A stretch of DNA of 64,000 nucleotides, from the NCBI GenBank assembly GCA_964633745.1, contig CAZWHZ010000003.1:1494-65493 (forward strand). Reading direction: 5' to 3'. A model generated the notes under the pieces. That model was not told the DNA's origin. It worked only from the letters and a program-made list of their open reading frames with translations, and ran no database searches. Both the position numbers and the translations under genes were made by a program. This DNA is from an uncultured Acidimicrobiia bacterium (lineage in GTDB: Bacteria > Actinomycetota > Acidimicrobiia > Spongiisociales > UBA4744). Shown here piece by piece: positions 39,777 through 48,084 of this stretch; the first letter of the stretch is position 1, and each line of letters begins with the position of its first letter.

Positions 39777-41677
39777 CGCGTCGCATCAGATCTTGCCGAA
39801 CCTACGGCACGATGAGTGTTCCCGGCTCACGCAGTATCACGGCCAGAGCACTCGTGGTCGCCGCCCTCTCCGGCGGTGTGAGCCGCCTCCGCGGTGCGGC
39901 ATCGTGCGACGACTCGGAGGCGATGATCGGCGGGCTCCGAGCCCTTGGTGTCCGGATTCGTGAGGAGCATGGCGATCTGGTCGTCGACTCCGCCAACGAT
40001 CTCACCGGGGGAAGCATCTGGGCAGCAGCTTCTGGGACGACGGCACGGTTCCTGACCGCGGTAGCTGCCCTGTGTCGCACGGAGGTGCGAATCGACGGTG
40101 AAGCCCGCCTCAGGGAGCGACCCCTCGCACCGTTGATCCACGCGCTACGAGCATTGGGTGCCCACATCGATGGGGACGCCCTCCCGATCGTGGTCGACGG
40201 AGCATCGCTGACGGGCGGTGAAGTGTTTGTCGACGCGTCGGCATCTAGCCAGTTCGTCTCTGCAGTCGCGATGATCGCTCCCAACCTCGACGGGCTCCTC
40301 GTTTTCTGGGACGAGCTGGCGTCGGGACCGTTCGTCGAGGCGACCGTTGAGGTCATGCGGGCATTCGGCGCGATCTCGCACCTTGGCTCCGGCGCAGTCG
40401 ATGTGCCCCCTGGAGAACGGTACGCCCCTGCCAACTTCTCGGTGCCTCCGGACGCCGGTCTGGCCGTGTACCCGGCGCTCGCTGCTGCCATCACCGGTGG
40501 CAAGGTCACGATCAGCGACGTCGAGCGTGATCCTCTTCAACCCGATCTGGCGGTGTTCGACGTGCTGAAGCGGATGGGGTGCGGCGTCGACTGGTCGAAG
40601 GGTGGCGTTACCGTTGAGGGCCCGCAGGAGTTGCGACCGGTTGAAGAGAACATGGGGGGCGCACCGGATGGCGCCTTGGTCGTCGCCGTGGCCGCGGGCT
40701 TTGCAGAAGGCACCTCACGACTCGCGGGACTCGGCACCCTCGCTCACAAGGAGAGCGACCGCCTCTCCGGCATCGTGAACGGACTACGCAGGCTTGGAGC
40801 GACCGTCGATCAACGTGGCGACGAGTTGACGGTATCGGGTCGTGTCCATCACGGCGGCACTCTCGACGCACACGAAGACCATCGGATGGCGATGGTCTTC
40901 TCGGTCGCAGGTCTTGCTCAGGAAGGTGTGACTGTCAGAGGGGACGAGAGCGTCACAAAGACGTGGCCGGGTTTCTACAGGGACATGGCGCGCATCGGAG
41001 GAGACGGCTGGGCGATTGAGGTGAGAGAGCAGGGGGCTAGGGTGTCGGGCGCCATGAACGTGATCGCGATCGATGGGCCCGGTGGATCCGGGAAGACCAC
41101 TGTGAGCAGAGCGCTTGCGGCCGCTCTTGGCATGGCGCATCTGGACACCGGTGCGTTCTACCGGGCGATCACATTGGAGGCGCTGCGACGAGGTGTCGAA
41201 GGGCAGGCGCTCGGCGAACTGGCGCGCGTCGTGGACATTCGTTACGAGGAAGGCAGGGTCTTCATCGGATCCGAGAACGTCTCGGCTGCGATCAGAACGC
41301 ATGCGGTCAACGGGTATGTGTCCGCTGTGAGCGCCGTCCCGGCCGTTCGAACCGAGATGGTGCGCCGCCAGCGCGAGTGGGTCGAGGCACACGGTGGCAG
41401 TGCCGTGGTCGACGGCCGCGACATCGGCACGGTGGTCTTCCCGAGCGCACGTCTCAAAGTTTTCCTCATTGCCAGACCCGAGATACGAGCACTCCGACGC
41501 GCACAGGAGTTGGAAGATGCGGGGGTCGACTTGGTCCAGCAGGATCTCGCTCGGAGGGATGGACTCGACTCGTCGCGACCGGTCTCACCGTTGATTCCTG
41601 CACCGGACGCCGTGTTTCTCGACACATCCGATCTGACGCTCGACCAGGTTGTCGCCAAGATCATCGAGATGCTCTAG
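39773..41677 (+). CDS. aroA-cmk: Fusion of 3-phosphoshikimate 1-carboxyvinyltransferase (AroA, aa 1-~420) and cytidylate kinase (Cmk, aa 428-634)
   Basis: A single uninterrupted frame. N-terminal part: VPGSRSITARALVVAAL...HRMAMVFSVAGL (EPSP synthase). In-frame ATG 41054 begins MNVIAIDGPGGSGKTT...LDTGAFYR (Cmk). No stop codon between the two parts. Confidence 0.85.
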   Translation: MTRRIRSCRTYGTMSVPGSRSITARALVVAALSGGVSRLRGAASCDDSEAMIGGLRALGVRIREEHGDLVVDSANDLTGGSIWAAASGTTARFLTAVAALCRTEVRIDGEARLRERPLAPLIHALRALGAHIDGDALPIVVDGASLTGGEVFVDASASSQFVSAVAMIAPNLDGLLVFWDELASGPFVEATVEVMRAFGAISHLGSGAVDVPPGERYAPANFSVPPDAGLAVYPALAAAITGGKVTISDVERDPLQPDLAVFDVLKRMGCGVDWSKGGVTVEGPQELRPVEENMGGAPDGALVVAVAAGFAEGTSRLAGLGTLAHKESDRLSGIVNGLRRLGATVDQRGDELTVSGRVHHGGTLDAHEDHRMAMVFSVAGLAQEGVTVRGDESVTKTWPGFYRDMARIGGDGWAIEVREQGARVSGAMNVIAIDGPGGSGKTTVSRALAAALGMAHLDTGAFYRAITLEALRRGVEGQALGELARVVDIRYEEGRVFIGSENVSAAIRTHAVNGYVSAVSAVPAVRTEMVRRQREWVEAHGGSAVVDGRDIGTVVFPSARLKVFLIARPEIRALRRAQELEDAGVDLVQQDLARRDGLDSSRPVSPLIPAPDAVFLDTSDLTLDQVVAKIIEML

Positions 41678-41966
41678 GAGCCTTGCTGTGCGAGCCCCCT
41701 ACATTGGGCTTCTCGGTCCTCGGCCTTCGGTGAGGACACTCAGGTAGCGGTTGCGTTGTGTTGTGAGCTGACGGCCGGGTGCCGGGGCAGCAGAAGTGAC
41801 TGCCGGCACCATCGGGCTCGCCGCTGCGACCCTGTTGGTCCCCCGAGAGCCCGGTGACGCGGAGGCATCGCGGCGGCCAAGACCCCGCGCCAGGGGGGTC
41901 GTTGGTGGGAGCCACCCCTACGGCGTCAGACAGTTCGATGCCACCAACACTCGGCCTCGGAACCGG

Positions 41967-43013
41967 CTAGCCCCGGAGGTCGGCGAGTGCCTCCGTGGCT
42001 GTCCATGAGCGATCGTTCTGAAGGGGACCGGGGCGACCGGGAGTCCTCACCCCGAATCCTCCCTCGACAGCAGACTGAAGTGCGGTGAGAAAGCCTCGTA
42101 GTTGGCGTGGGAGTGGGAAGTACTCGTCCTCGTCGGTGACCGAGAGGAGCCGATATCCATCACGGGGCCCAACCCTCTCGATGACCTCTTGCACGAGGTG
42201 GTCAGGTGCGGAGGCACCAGCGGTGACGCCGACGACTTGCACACCTTCGAGCCATGCGTCGTCGATCTGTGCGGCGGAGTCGACCCGGTGGGCAAGTGTC
42301 CCTTCCCTGCGAGCGACTCGCACCAGGGCCTGTGTGTTGGAGCTGGTGGCGGAGCCGACCACGAGGATCAGATCTGATCCGGCGGCCAGTGCCTTGACGG
42401 CTTCCTGTCGATTGGTGGTTGCGTAGCAGAGGTCGCTCCGGCGAGCCGTTTCGAGTTCCGCGAAGCGACCTTCGGCCGAGTCCAAGACCGCTTCCCACTC
42501 GTGAAGCCCGAGGGTTGTCTGCGCCAGGAGCGCGACCTTGGAAGGGTCACGAGGAGCAAACGAGCCGAGCGACTCGTGGGGCTCGACGAGGTGGATGGCG
42601 CCTGGTGCGACGGCAACGGTGCCGGTCGCCTCATCGTGCCCTTCGTGACCCACGTAGATGATGTCGTAGCCCTGTGCGGACATCCGCTTGACTTCGTGAT
42701 GCACCTTCGTGACGAGTGGACACACTGCGTCGATGACGACCCCGGCGCGGCCTCCGGCCGCAGCAACGACCTCGGGAGCGGACCCGTGGGCGGACAGCAT
42801 GAGTGGTGCGCCAACGGGAACGGACTCGATGTCATCGACGAATACGACGCCCATGTGTTCAAACGCGCCGACGACCCACTGATTGTGGACGATCTCGTGG
42901 TAGCAGTAAACGGGCGGGTCGAAGACCCTGACCATCCAGGTGAGTGCCTTGATCGCCATCTCGACGCCGGCACAGAACCCGCGAGGTTCCGCTAGGAGTA
43001 CGTGGTCCACCAT
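41967..43013 (-). CDS. ispH: 4-hydroxy-3-methylbut-2-enyl diphosphate reductase
   Basis: LAEPRGFCAGVEMAI...HEIVHN...CPLVTKVH, with the three conserved cysteines. Confidence 0.9.
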   Translation of the reverse strand: MVDHVLLAEPRGFCAGVEMAIKALTWMVRVFDPPVYCYHEIVHNQWVVGAFEHMGVVFVDDIESVPVGAPLMLSAHGSAPEVVAAAGGRAGVVIDAVCPLVTKVHHEVKRMSAQGYDIIYVGHEGHDEATGTVAVAPGAIHLVEPHESLGSFAPRDPSKVALLAQTTLGLHEWEAVLDSAEGRFAELETARRSDLCYATTNRQEAVKALAAGSDLILVVGSATSSNTQALVRVARREGTLAHRVDSAAQIDDAWLEGVQVVGVTAGASAPDHLVQEVIERVGPRDGYRLLSVTDEDEYFPLPRQLRGFLTALQSAVEGGFGVRTPGRPGPLQNDRSWTATEALADLRG

Positions 43014-43061
43014 GCGCAGATGGTACAGAGAACCGGGGGTTGGGCTGTGTGCCCACCACCG

Positions 43062-43110
43062 TTCGTACCTCGTACCTTGTACCCTGTACCTTCTCCCGCG
43101 TCCCGCCCCG
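43062..43110. repeat. Heptamer tandem array (TTCGTAC CTCGTAC CTTGTAC CCTGTAC, decaying into CTTCTCC CGCGTCC CGCCCCG)
   Basis: Read directly: four good 7-nt units with a GTAC core, then three degenerate units, in the divergent ispH/der spacer. Confidence 0.7.
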
Positions 43111-43138
43111 CCGTTTTGCTGCGCCTGTCGTGGCGCAC

Positions 43139-43169
43139 GAGGTACCGGGTACGGCGAGCGAAGCTCGCC
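43139..43169. repeat. Inverted copy of the heptamer units, followed by a 7-bp GAA-loop hairpin
   Basis: GAGGTACCGGGTACG is the reverse complement of CGTACCCGGTACCTC and can pair with 43064-43076 (13 positions: 11 Watson-Crick pairs, 1 G-T wobble, 1 mismatch). GGCGAGC-GAA-GCTCGCC lies at 43153-43169. Confidence 0.6.
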
Positions 43170-43205
43170 TCCCCACTAGCGTTGCCGTGAGCAAGAGGAA
43201 GTGTC

Positions 43206-44516
43206 GTGAGTAGAACCCCCGTCGTGGCCGTTGTCGGCCGCCCGAACGTCGGCAAGTCGAGTCTCGTGAACCGTGTGCTCGGACGTCGCCTCGCCGTCGT
43301 GGACGAGCGGCCCGGCGTCACGCGTGACCGGCGGGAATTCCGCGCCGATTGGACGGGGAGGGAGTTCCTCATCGTCGACACCGGAGGGTGGGAGGTCGCG
43401 CCGAGCGAGGAACTGGTTGCTGCGATCTCTGGACAGGCTGAGGCGGCACTAGGTGCGGCCGACCTCGTGTTGTTCGTCGTGGACGCTACGGCCGGCGTGT
43501 CCGAGGACGACGCGCGGGTGGCCCGGTTGCTTCGCGACACCCCGGTGATCCTCGTGGCCAACAAGGTCGACGACGCGAAGCAGGAACCGGACGTCGCGGA
43601 TCTATGGCAGCTCGGTCTTGGAGAGCCGTCAGCCGTGTCGGCACTCCACGGCAGAGGAATCGGCGATCTTCTCGACAGGGTCGTAGAGCGTCTCCCCGAC
43701 GTGCCAGAGGGACCGAGCGAGGAACTGAAAAGCCTCGCGATCATCGGTAGGCCCAACGTCGGGAAGTCGACGCTCTTGAACAGGTTGTTGGGGGAGGAGC
43801 GGGTGCTGGTGTCGCCGACTCCCGGAACCACGAGGGACCCGATCGATGTGGTCACGGAGATCGGGGGGCATCGCTTCCGGGTAGTGGACACCGCTGGGAT
43901 CCGTCGAGCGCCGAAAGTCAAGGAGGCGGCGGACTTCTACTCCGTGCTGCGGGCGAAGGGGGCACTCGACGAGGCCGATGTTGCCCTCCTGATCGTTGAT
44001 GCCGTTGACGGGATCGTGCAACAGGATCAACGCATCGCTCAGGCAGCGGAGGAGTCGGGAGCCGGGCTGGTGGTGTTGGTCAACAAGTGGGACGGTGCAG
44101 ATCGAGAGCAGCGAGAGATCGCGATTGAAGACGTAGCGGATCGACTCGGGTTCGTCGGCTGGGCACCGCTTCTGAGGATCTCTGCTCTCACGGGACGTGG
44201 GGTTCACCGGCTCGCGCCTGCCCTGGATGTGGTTCTCGAGGCCCGGGAGTTCCGCGTCGGAACCGGCACGCTCAATCGTCTGATCCGGGAGTGGCAGGAA
44301 GCTCATGCACCGCCCACCAGAAAGGGACGCAGGCCACGCATCCTGTACGCCGTGCAGGCCGGGACCGCACCACCCACGTTTGTGCTCTTCGTCGGCGGAG
44401 GTGAACTCGACGAGAGCTACCTTCGTTATCTGGAGCGTCGACTGAGAGACGAGTTCCCGTTCGTTGGGACGCCGGTGCAGTTGATCTCCAGACGGAGGAA
44501 GTCGTCACCGAGGTAG
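43206..44516 (+). CDS. der: Ribosome-associated GTPase Der (EngA)
   Basis: Two tandem GTPase domains, each with GRPNVGKS, plus a KH-like C-terminus. Confidence 0.95.
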   Translation: MSRTPVVAVVGRPNVGKSSLVNRVLGRRLAVVDERPGVTRDRREFRADWTGREFLIVDTGGWEVAPSEELVAAISGQAEAALGAADLVLFVVDATAGVSEDDARVARLLRDTPVILVANKVDDAKQEPDVADLWQLGLGEPSAVSALHGRGIGDLLDRVVERLPDVPEGPSEELKSLAIIGRPNVGKSTLLNRLLGEERVLVSPTPGTTRDPIDVVTEIGGHRFRVVDTAGIRRAPKVKEAADFYSVLRAKGALDEADVALLIVDAVDGIVQQDQRIAQAAEESGAGLVVLVNKWDGADREQREIAIEDVADRLGFVGWAPLLRISALTGRGVHRLAPALDVVLEAREFRVGTGTLNRLIREWQEAHAPPTRKGRRPRILYAVQAGTAPPTFVLFVGGGELDESYLRYLERRLRDEFPFVGTPVQLISRRRKSSPR

Positions 44517-44545
44517 CATCGGCCTCGAACTCACGAAAGGGCGCT

Positions 44546-45910
44546 ATGCGTACGGTCTACGCACTCTCAGGTGGCGTGTCCAAGTTCGCCAAGGCTCGTC
44601 CGGACAAGACATTCCAGGCGGTGATCAAAGAGGCGTACGACGCCGCGATCACCGACCTTGGTCTCGATTTCCGAACGTTCACGTCGGTGGTGGACGGATC
44701 CGTTGCCTCGTATTTCTCCGACCATTTCAGCAGGCAGCTGATGGCCGGCATCATGGCCCAGGACTATCTCGGGCTCATCCCCAAACCTGGGCATCGTGTC
44801 GAAGGTGGTGGCGCGACCGGTGGCCTGTGTTTCCAGGAGGCGTGGAAGTCGGTGGCCTCCGGGCACATGGACGTCTGTGTCGCCTATGGCTTCGAGACGA
44901 TGAGTCACGTGGAGACCTGGAAGGGCAACGAGTTCATCGCCCTGGCGTCGGACGTGTCGTGGGACTACCCGGTGGGAGGGTTCTATTCGGGCTACTACGC
45001 AATGATGGTGACCCGGCACATGAAAGAGTTCGGTACCACTCCCGAACAGATGGCCGCGGTCTCCGTCAAGAACCACCGGAACGCGTACCATAACCCGTAC
45101 GCGCAGAAGCGGAACCGGTACACGATCGAGGACGTCCGGAACGCACCAATGGTCGCCTGGCCGTTGACGCGGCTCGACATCTGTGTCATGTCGGATGGCG
45201 CAGCGGTGACGGTTCTGGCCTCCGAGGAAGGACTCGAGAAGCTCGAGGCGGCGGGAGCGGCCGTCGCGCGTCCTTTGGTCAAGGTAACCGGCATCGGCCG
45301 TGGTACCGATGCGATGCGCATGTCGGATCGGCCCCATGTGGACTACGACACGTTCATGCGTGACTACGCCACAGAACAAGAGAGGTCCTCGGACGAGACG
45401 CGTGCCTACTACAAAGGTCTGTGGAAGCACGGCACCCGCTACCCCGGTGTGCACTCGTTCCGGGCGGGCCGTACCGCAGGGAACATGGCGTACCGTCAGG
45501 CAGGGGTCAGTGACCCTCTCGCCGAATTGGACTTCGTGGAGCTGCACGATGCCTATACCTCGTCTGAGCTCCAGACCTATGAGGACATGGGTCTGTGTCG
45601 ATACGGGGAAGGCGGCGAGTTCGCAGCGTCGGGGAAGGCGTTCCTGCCAGGTATCGACTACGGCCTCGACCTTCCCGATGACCCGATCACGCCGGTCAAC
45701 CCGTCCGGTGGTTTGATCGCCTGTGGTCATCCGGTCGGTGCAACCGGCCTGATGCAGGGCGTCTTCGCCATCTGGCAGCTCCAGGGGTCCATCGGAGATC
45801 ACTTCGGGGACTCCATGCTGCAAGTAGACGATGCGAAACGCGGAGCGATCCACTCGCATGCCGGCACCGGAACATACGTCACCGTGAGTGTGCTCGAGAG
45901 GGAGGAGTGA
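44546..45910 (+). CDS. Thiolase-domain protein (SCP-x / archaeal-type acetyl-CoA C-acyltransferase)
   Basis: 454 aa with thiolase-like N- and C-halves (...NPSGGLIACGHPVGATG). Paired with a DUF35 gene. Confidence 0.75.
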   Translation: MRTVYALSGGVSKFAKARPDKTFQAVIKEAYDAAITDLGLDFRTFTSVVDGSVASYFSDHFSRQLMAGIMAQDYLGLIPKPGHRVEGGGATGGLCFQEAWKSVASGHMDVCVAYGFETMSHVETWKGNEFIALASDVSWDYPVGGFYSGYYAMMVTRHMKEFGTTPEQMAAVSVKNHRNAYHNPYAQKRNRYTIEDVRNAPMVAWPLTRLDICVMSDGAAVTVLASEEGLEKLEAAGAAVARPLVKVTGIGRGTDAMRMSDRPHVDYDTFMRDYATEQERSSDETRAYYKGLWKHGTRYPGVHSFRAGRTAGNMAYRQAGVSDPLAELDFVELHDAYTSSELQTYEDMGLCRYGEGGEFAASGKAFLPGIDYGLDLPDDPITPVNPSGGLIACGHPVGATGLMQGVFAIWQLQGSIGDHFGDSMLQVDDAKRGAIHSHAGTGTYVTVSVLEREE

Positions 45911-45911
45911 C

Positions 45912-46457
45912 ATGACCAAGCTTCCAGACCGTCGAGAAGACACCCTCGGGGGCTACGTCGTTCACGGCGTTCCGTTTCCGGTAGAGACCGACCCTGACGC
46001 GCTTGCGTTCCTCAAGCGGATGGCACCACTCCAGATCGAGCAGCAGTACGCGATCACGTACCTGCACTCCTATGGACAAGACAGCCCTTGGTTCGCCGGA
46101 GTCACCAACAAGAAGCTCCTCGCCAGCCAAGACCCGGAGTCCGGGTACACCTACGCGACACCGCGCGGGCACGACATGTACTCGGGCGACGAGACGAACT
46201 GGATCGACATCACCGACCGCACGGCCAAGATCCACGCGTTCACGGTCTGCTACTTCGGATCTGAGGAGTTCCTTCCAGAGACACCGTTCGTGCTGGCGCT
46301 CATCGAGTATGAGGGAGTGGACACGCTGTTCCTGACCCGGATCATGGGTGTCGACCTGGACGACGTGTCGCTCGACTGGATCGGCATGGAGGTCGCACCG
46401 CGGTTCCTCCGTAACAGCAAGCTGAAGCCGACGGATGTCTACTTCGTCCCTGCCTGA
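45912..46457 (+). CDS. DUF35 OB-fold protein (thiolase partner)
   Basis: ORF 45888..46457 trimmed to ATG 45912, which follows GGAGGAG. The position and size are typical of Zn-ribbon/OB-fold acyl-CoA-associated proteins. Confidence 0.6.
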   Translation: MTKLPDRREDTLGGYVVHGVPFPVETDPDALAFLKRMAPLQIEQQYAITYLHSYGQDSPWFAGVTNKKLLASQDPESGYTYATPRGHDMYSGDETNWIDITDRTAKIHAFTVCYFGSEEFLPETPFVLALIEYEGVDTLFLTRIMGVDLDDVSLDWIGMEVAPRFLRNSKLKPTDVYFVPA

Positions 46458-46460
46458 CCA

Positions 46461-46500
46461 GAATGGTGACGGGGTTGGCGACGTCCCTCCCCGTCCATTC
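46461..46500 (+). terminator. Hairpin after the DUF35 gene
   Basis: GAATGG(TG)ACGGGG-14 nt loop-CCCCGTCCATTC: 12-bp stem with a 2-nt bulge. Confidence 0.4.
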
Positions 46501-46589
46501 GGGTTTCGAACAATCGTCGTATCGATCGCCCTCTACCTCGGGTACCGGGTGGTGCAGGGCATCGTGTGGGTGGTCCACCGGTTGGGGGG

Positions 46590-46617
46590 ATGACGTCTGC
46601 CATAGCGACGGTATCAT
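46590..46617 (+). promoter_or_regulatory. Candidate tRNA-Pro promoter (ATGACG-16 nt-TATCAT)
   Basis: The -10-like TATCAT ends 10 nt before the mature tRNA 5' end. Confidence 0.35.
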
Positions 46618-46627
46618 TCGAACTCCT

Positions 46628-46705
46628 CGGGCTGTGGCGCAGCTTGGTTAGCGCGCTTGACTGGGGGTCAAGAGGTCGCCGGTTCAAATCCGGCCAGCCC
46701 GACCA
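46628..46705 (+). tRNA. tRNA-Pro (anticodon GGG), CCA encoded
   Basis: Manual cloverleaf. Acceptor stem CGGGCTG/CAGCCCG, D stem GCGC/GCGC, anticodon stem CTTGA/TCAAG with loop CTGGGGG (GGG at 34-36, G37), T stem GCCGG/CCGGC with loop TTCAAAT, discriminator A, then CCA. Confidence 0.9.
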
Positions 46706-46707
46706 AG

Positions 46708-46733
46708 AGAACCCCTGCTCAGGCAGGGGTTCT
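46708..46733 (+). terminator. Intrinsic-terminator-like hairpin after tRNA-Pro
   Basis: AGAACCCCTGC-TCAG-GCAGGGGTTCT: perfect 11-bp stem followed by TGCTGT. Confidence 0.6.
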
Positions 46734-47010
46734 TGCTGTACTGGTGGGTGCGGGAAAAGCAGCCTCTTGGTGTCTTCTTGGTTCGCTGAGCTATCTGATC
46801 AATACAGTGTGACTCATGACGGGTGTCGGACTCGTCCGTGATAGAGCATGGTGTGAGGACAAACAGGGTGCGATGCTCAACTTGGCTTGAAGGGTCGAGA
46901 GGGGTCATGGAACTCGCAATACCGGAAGTCGCATCGTCTCTCGTCGGGTGGCATTTTGCTCTCAGAGCCGCTCCCTCGACATAGGGTGTGTGTAGTCAGG
47001 AGGAGATGCG

Positions 47011-47829
47011 ATGCTCGCTGAGACCACATTCGACGCCGGGGATGTCGTCATCAACTACGTCGAAGGACCGCCCAGTGGACCGCCGGTCTTGTTTCTACAC
47101 GGCGCGACGGCTCGCTGGCAGGATCTCCGCGAGCTCATCACCGATCTCGATGAGACCCGTCACGTCTATGCATGCGATCAGCGAGGGCACGGCAAGTCCG
47201 GCTGGGGAACCTCCTATCGAGTCGCCGACCTCGCCAACGACGCGTCGAATCTCATCAGGGGCGTTATCGGGACTCCCACGGCCCTCGTCGGTCACTCTTC
47301 GGGAGCACTCGTTTCGTTCGCCGTCGCAGCCCAACTCCCGGACCTCATCAGCTCTATCGTCGTCATCGACCCCCCCCTCTTTCTGAGGGAAGAGAGCGTC
47401 AAGACGATCTACGTCAACGAGTACTTCCAGGGCGTGTATGACTATCTCGCCGGTCGCCTACGGTTGGAGGAGCTATTCGCGACAGCACTCCCCGACATCG
47501 ACGAGCAGGGGAGGCGCTATCTCGAGGAGACCTTCAGCACGCTCGACCCGGCGTTCGTGAAGGTTCACCTCGACGACCGGTTTCTCGACGGCACCGACCT
47601 CACAGCCACACTTCAGGCAATCGCCTGCCCGACGCTGTTGGCGTACGGGGAGATCGACAAGGGTGGCGTTGTGCGTGATCGTGATGTCGAGTTCTTCCTT
47701 GATCACGTGGCCACCGCGAGGGCGATCCAAATCAAGGACGCGGGGCATCTGATCCACGTCGATCAACCCGAGCTGCTGAAGAGACTCGTCCGTGAGGGAA
47801 TCGCACCCGGCACCAAGCAGGATGCGTGA
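47011..47829 (+). CDS. Alpha/beta-fold hydrolase
   Basis: PPVLFLHGATARW..., nucleophile elbow GHSSG, C-terminal DAGHLIH. GGAGGAG lies 5 nt upstream of the ATG. Confidence 0.8.
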   Translation: MLAETTFDAGDVVINYVEGPPSGPPVLFLHGATARWQDLRELITDLDETRHVYACDQRGHGKSGWGTSYRVADLANDASNLIRGVIGTPTALVGHSSGALVSFAVAAQLPDLISSIVVIDPPLFLREESVKTIYVNEYFQGVYDYLAGRLRLEELFATALPDIDEQGRRYLEETFSTLDPAFVKVHLDDRFLDGTDLTATLQAIACPTLLAYGEIDKGGVVRDRDVEFFLDHVATARAIQIKDAGHLIHVDQPELLKRLVREGIAPGTKQDA

Positions 47830-47838
47830 TTCCGGGCC

Positions 47839-48084
47839 TCAGCGGTTGGTCTGAGCACCCTCCACTTCGCACCACTGGTCACCGGGCCACATACCGGCGA
47901 ACCCGTACTGAGGTTGTAGCGTCGAGAGGTCGTTGTCGGCAGCCTTGGAAAACGCGAGGAACTCCTCTGTCAACCCGGGCGAACACCATGTGAACGCCGG
48001 ATTCTCCGAGCCGGTGTCGCGCCTGCCGTTGCAGTAGTACAGCGGATCGACCGAACAGGGTCCCCTACACCGTCCCCTTCTCAG
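47839..48084 (-). other. Coding-like open frame without a canonical start (possible 81-aa Cys/Trp-rich protein or gene remnant)
   Basis: Manual minus-strand translation: (L)RRGRCRGPCSVDPLYYCNGRRDTGSENPAFTWCSPGLTEEFLAFSKAADNDLSTLQPQYGFAGMWPGDQWCEVEGAQTNR-stop. GC3-rich from SVDP onward. The frame has no ATG or GTG before an internal Met. CTG 48084-48082 overlaps the TGA of the upstream cyclase gene. Confidence 0.25.

Noticed and set aside
44567-45943. 458-aa minus-strand ORF opposite the thiolase gene. Similar cases at 8913..10007, 11077..12000, 34684..35697 and 63008..63649.
   Set aside because: All are antisense to genes with clear family motifs and have non-genic composition. This is a high-GC artefact.
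46684-46908. 74-aa minus-strand ORF overlapping tRNA-Pro and its terminator
   Set aside because: It overlaps a confidently folded tRNA and a perfect terminator hairpin. Its composition is non-genic.
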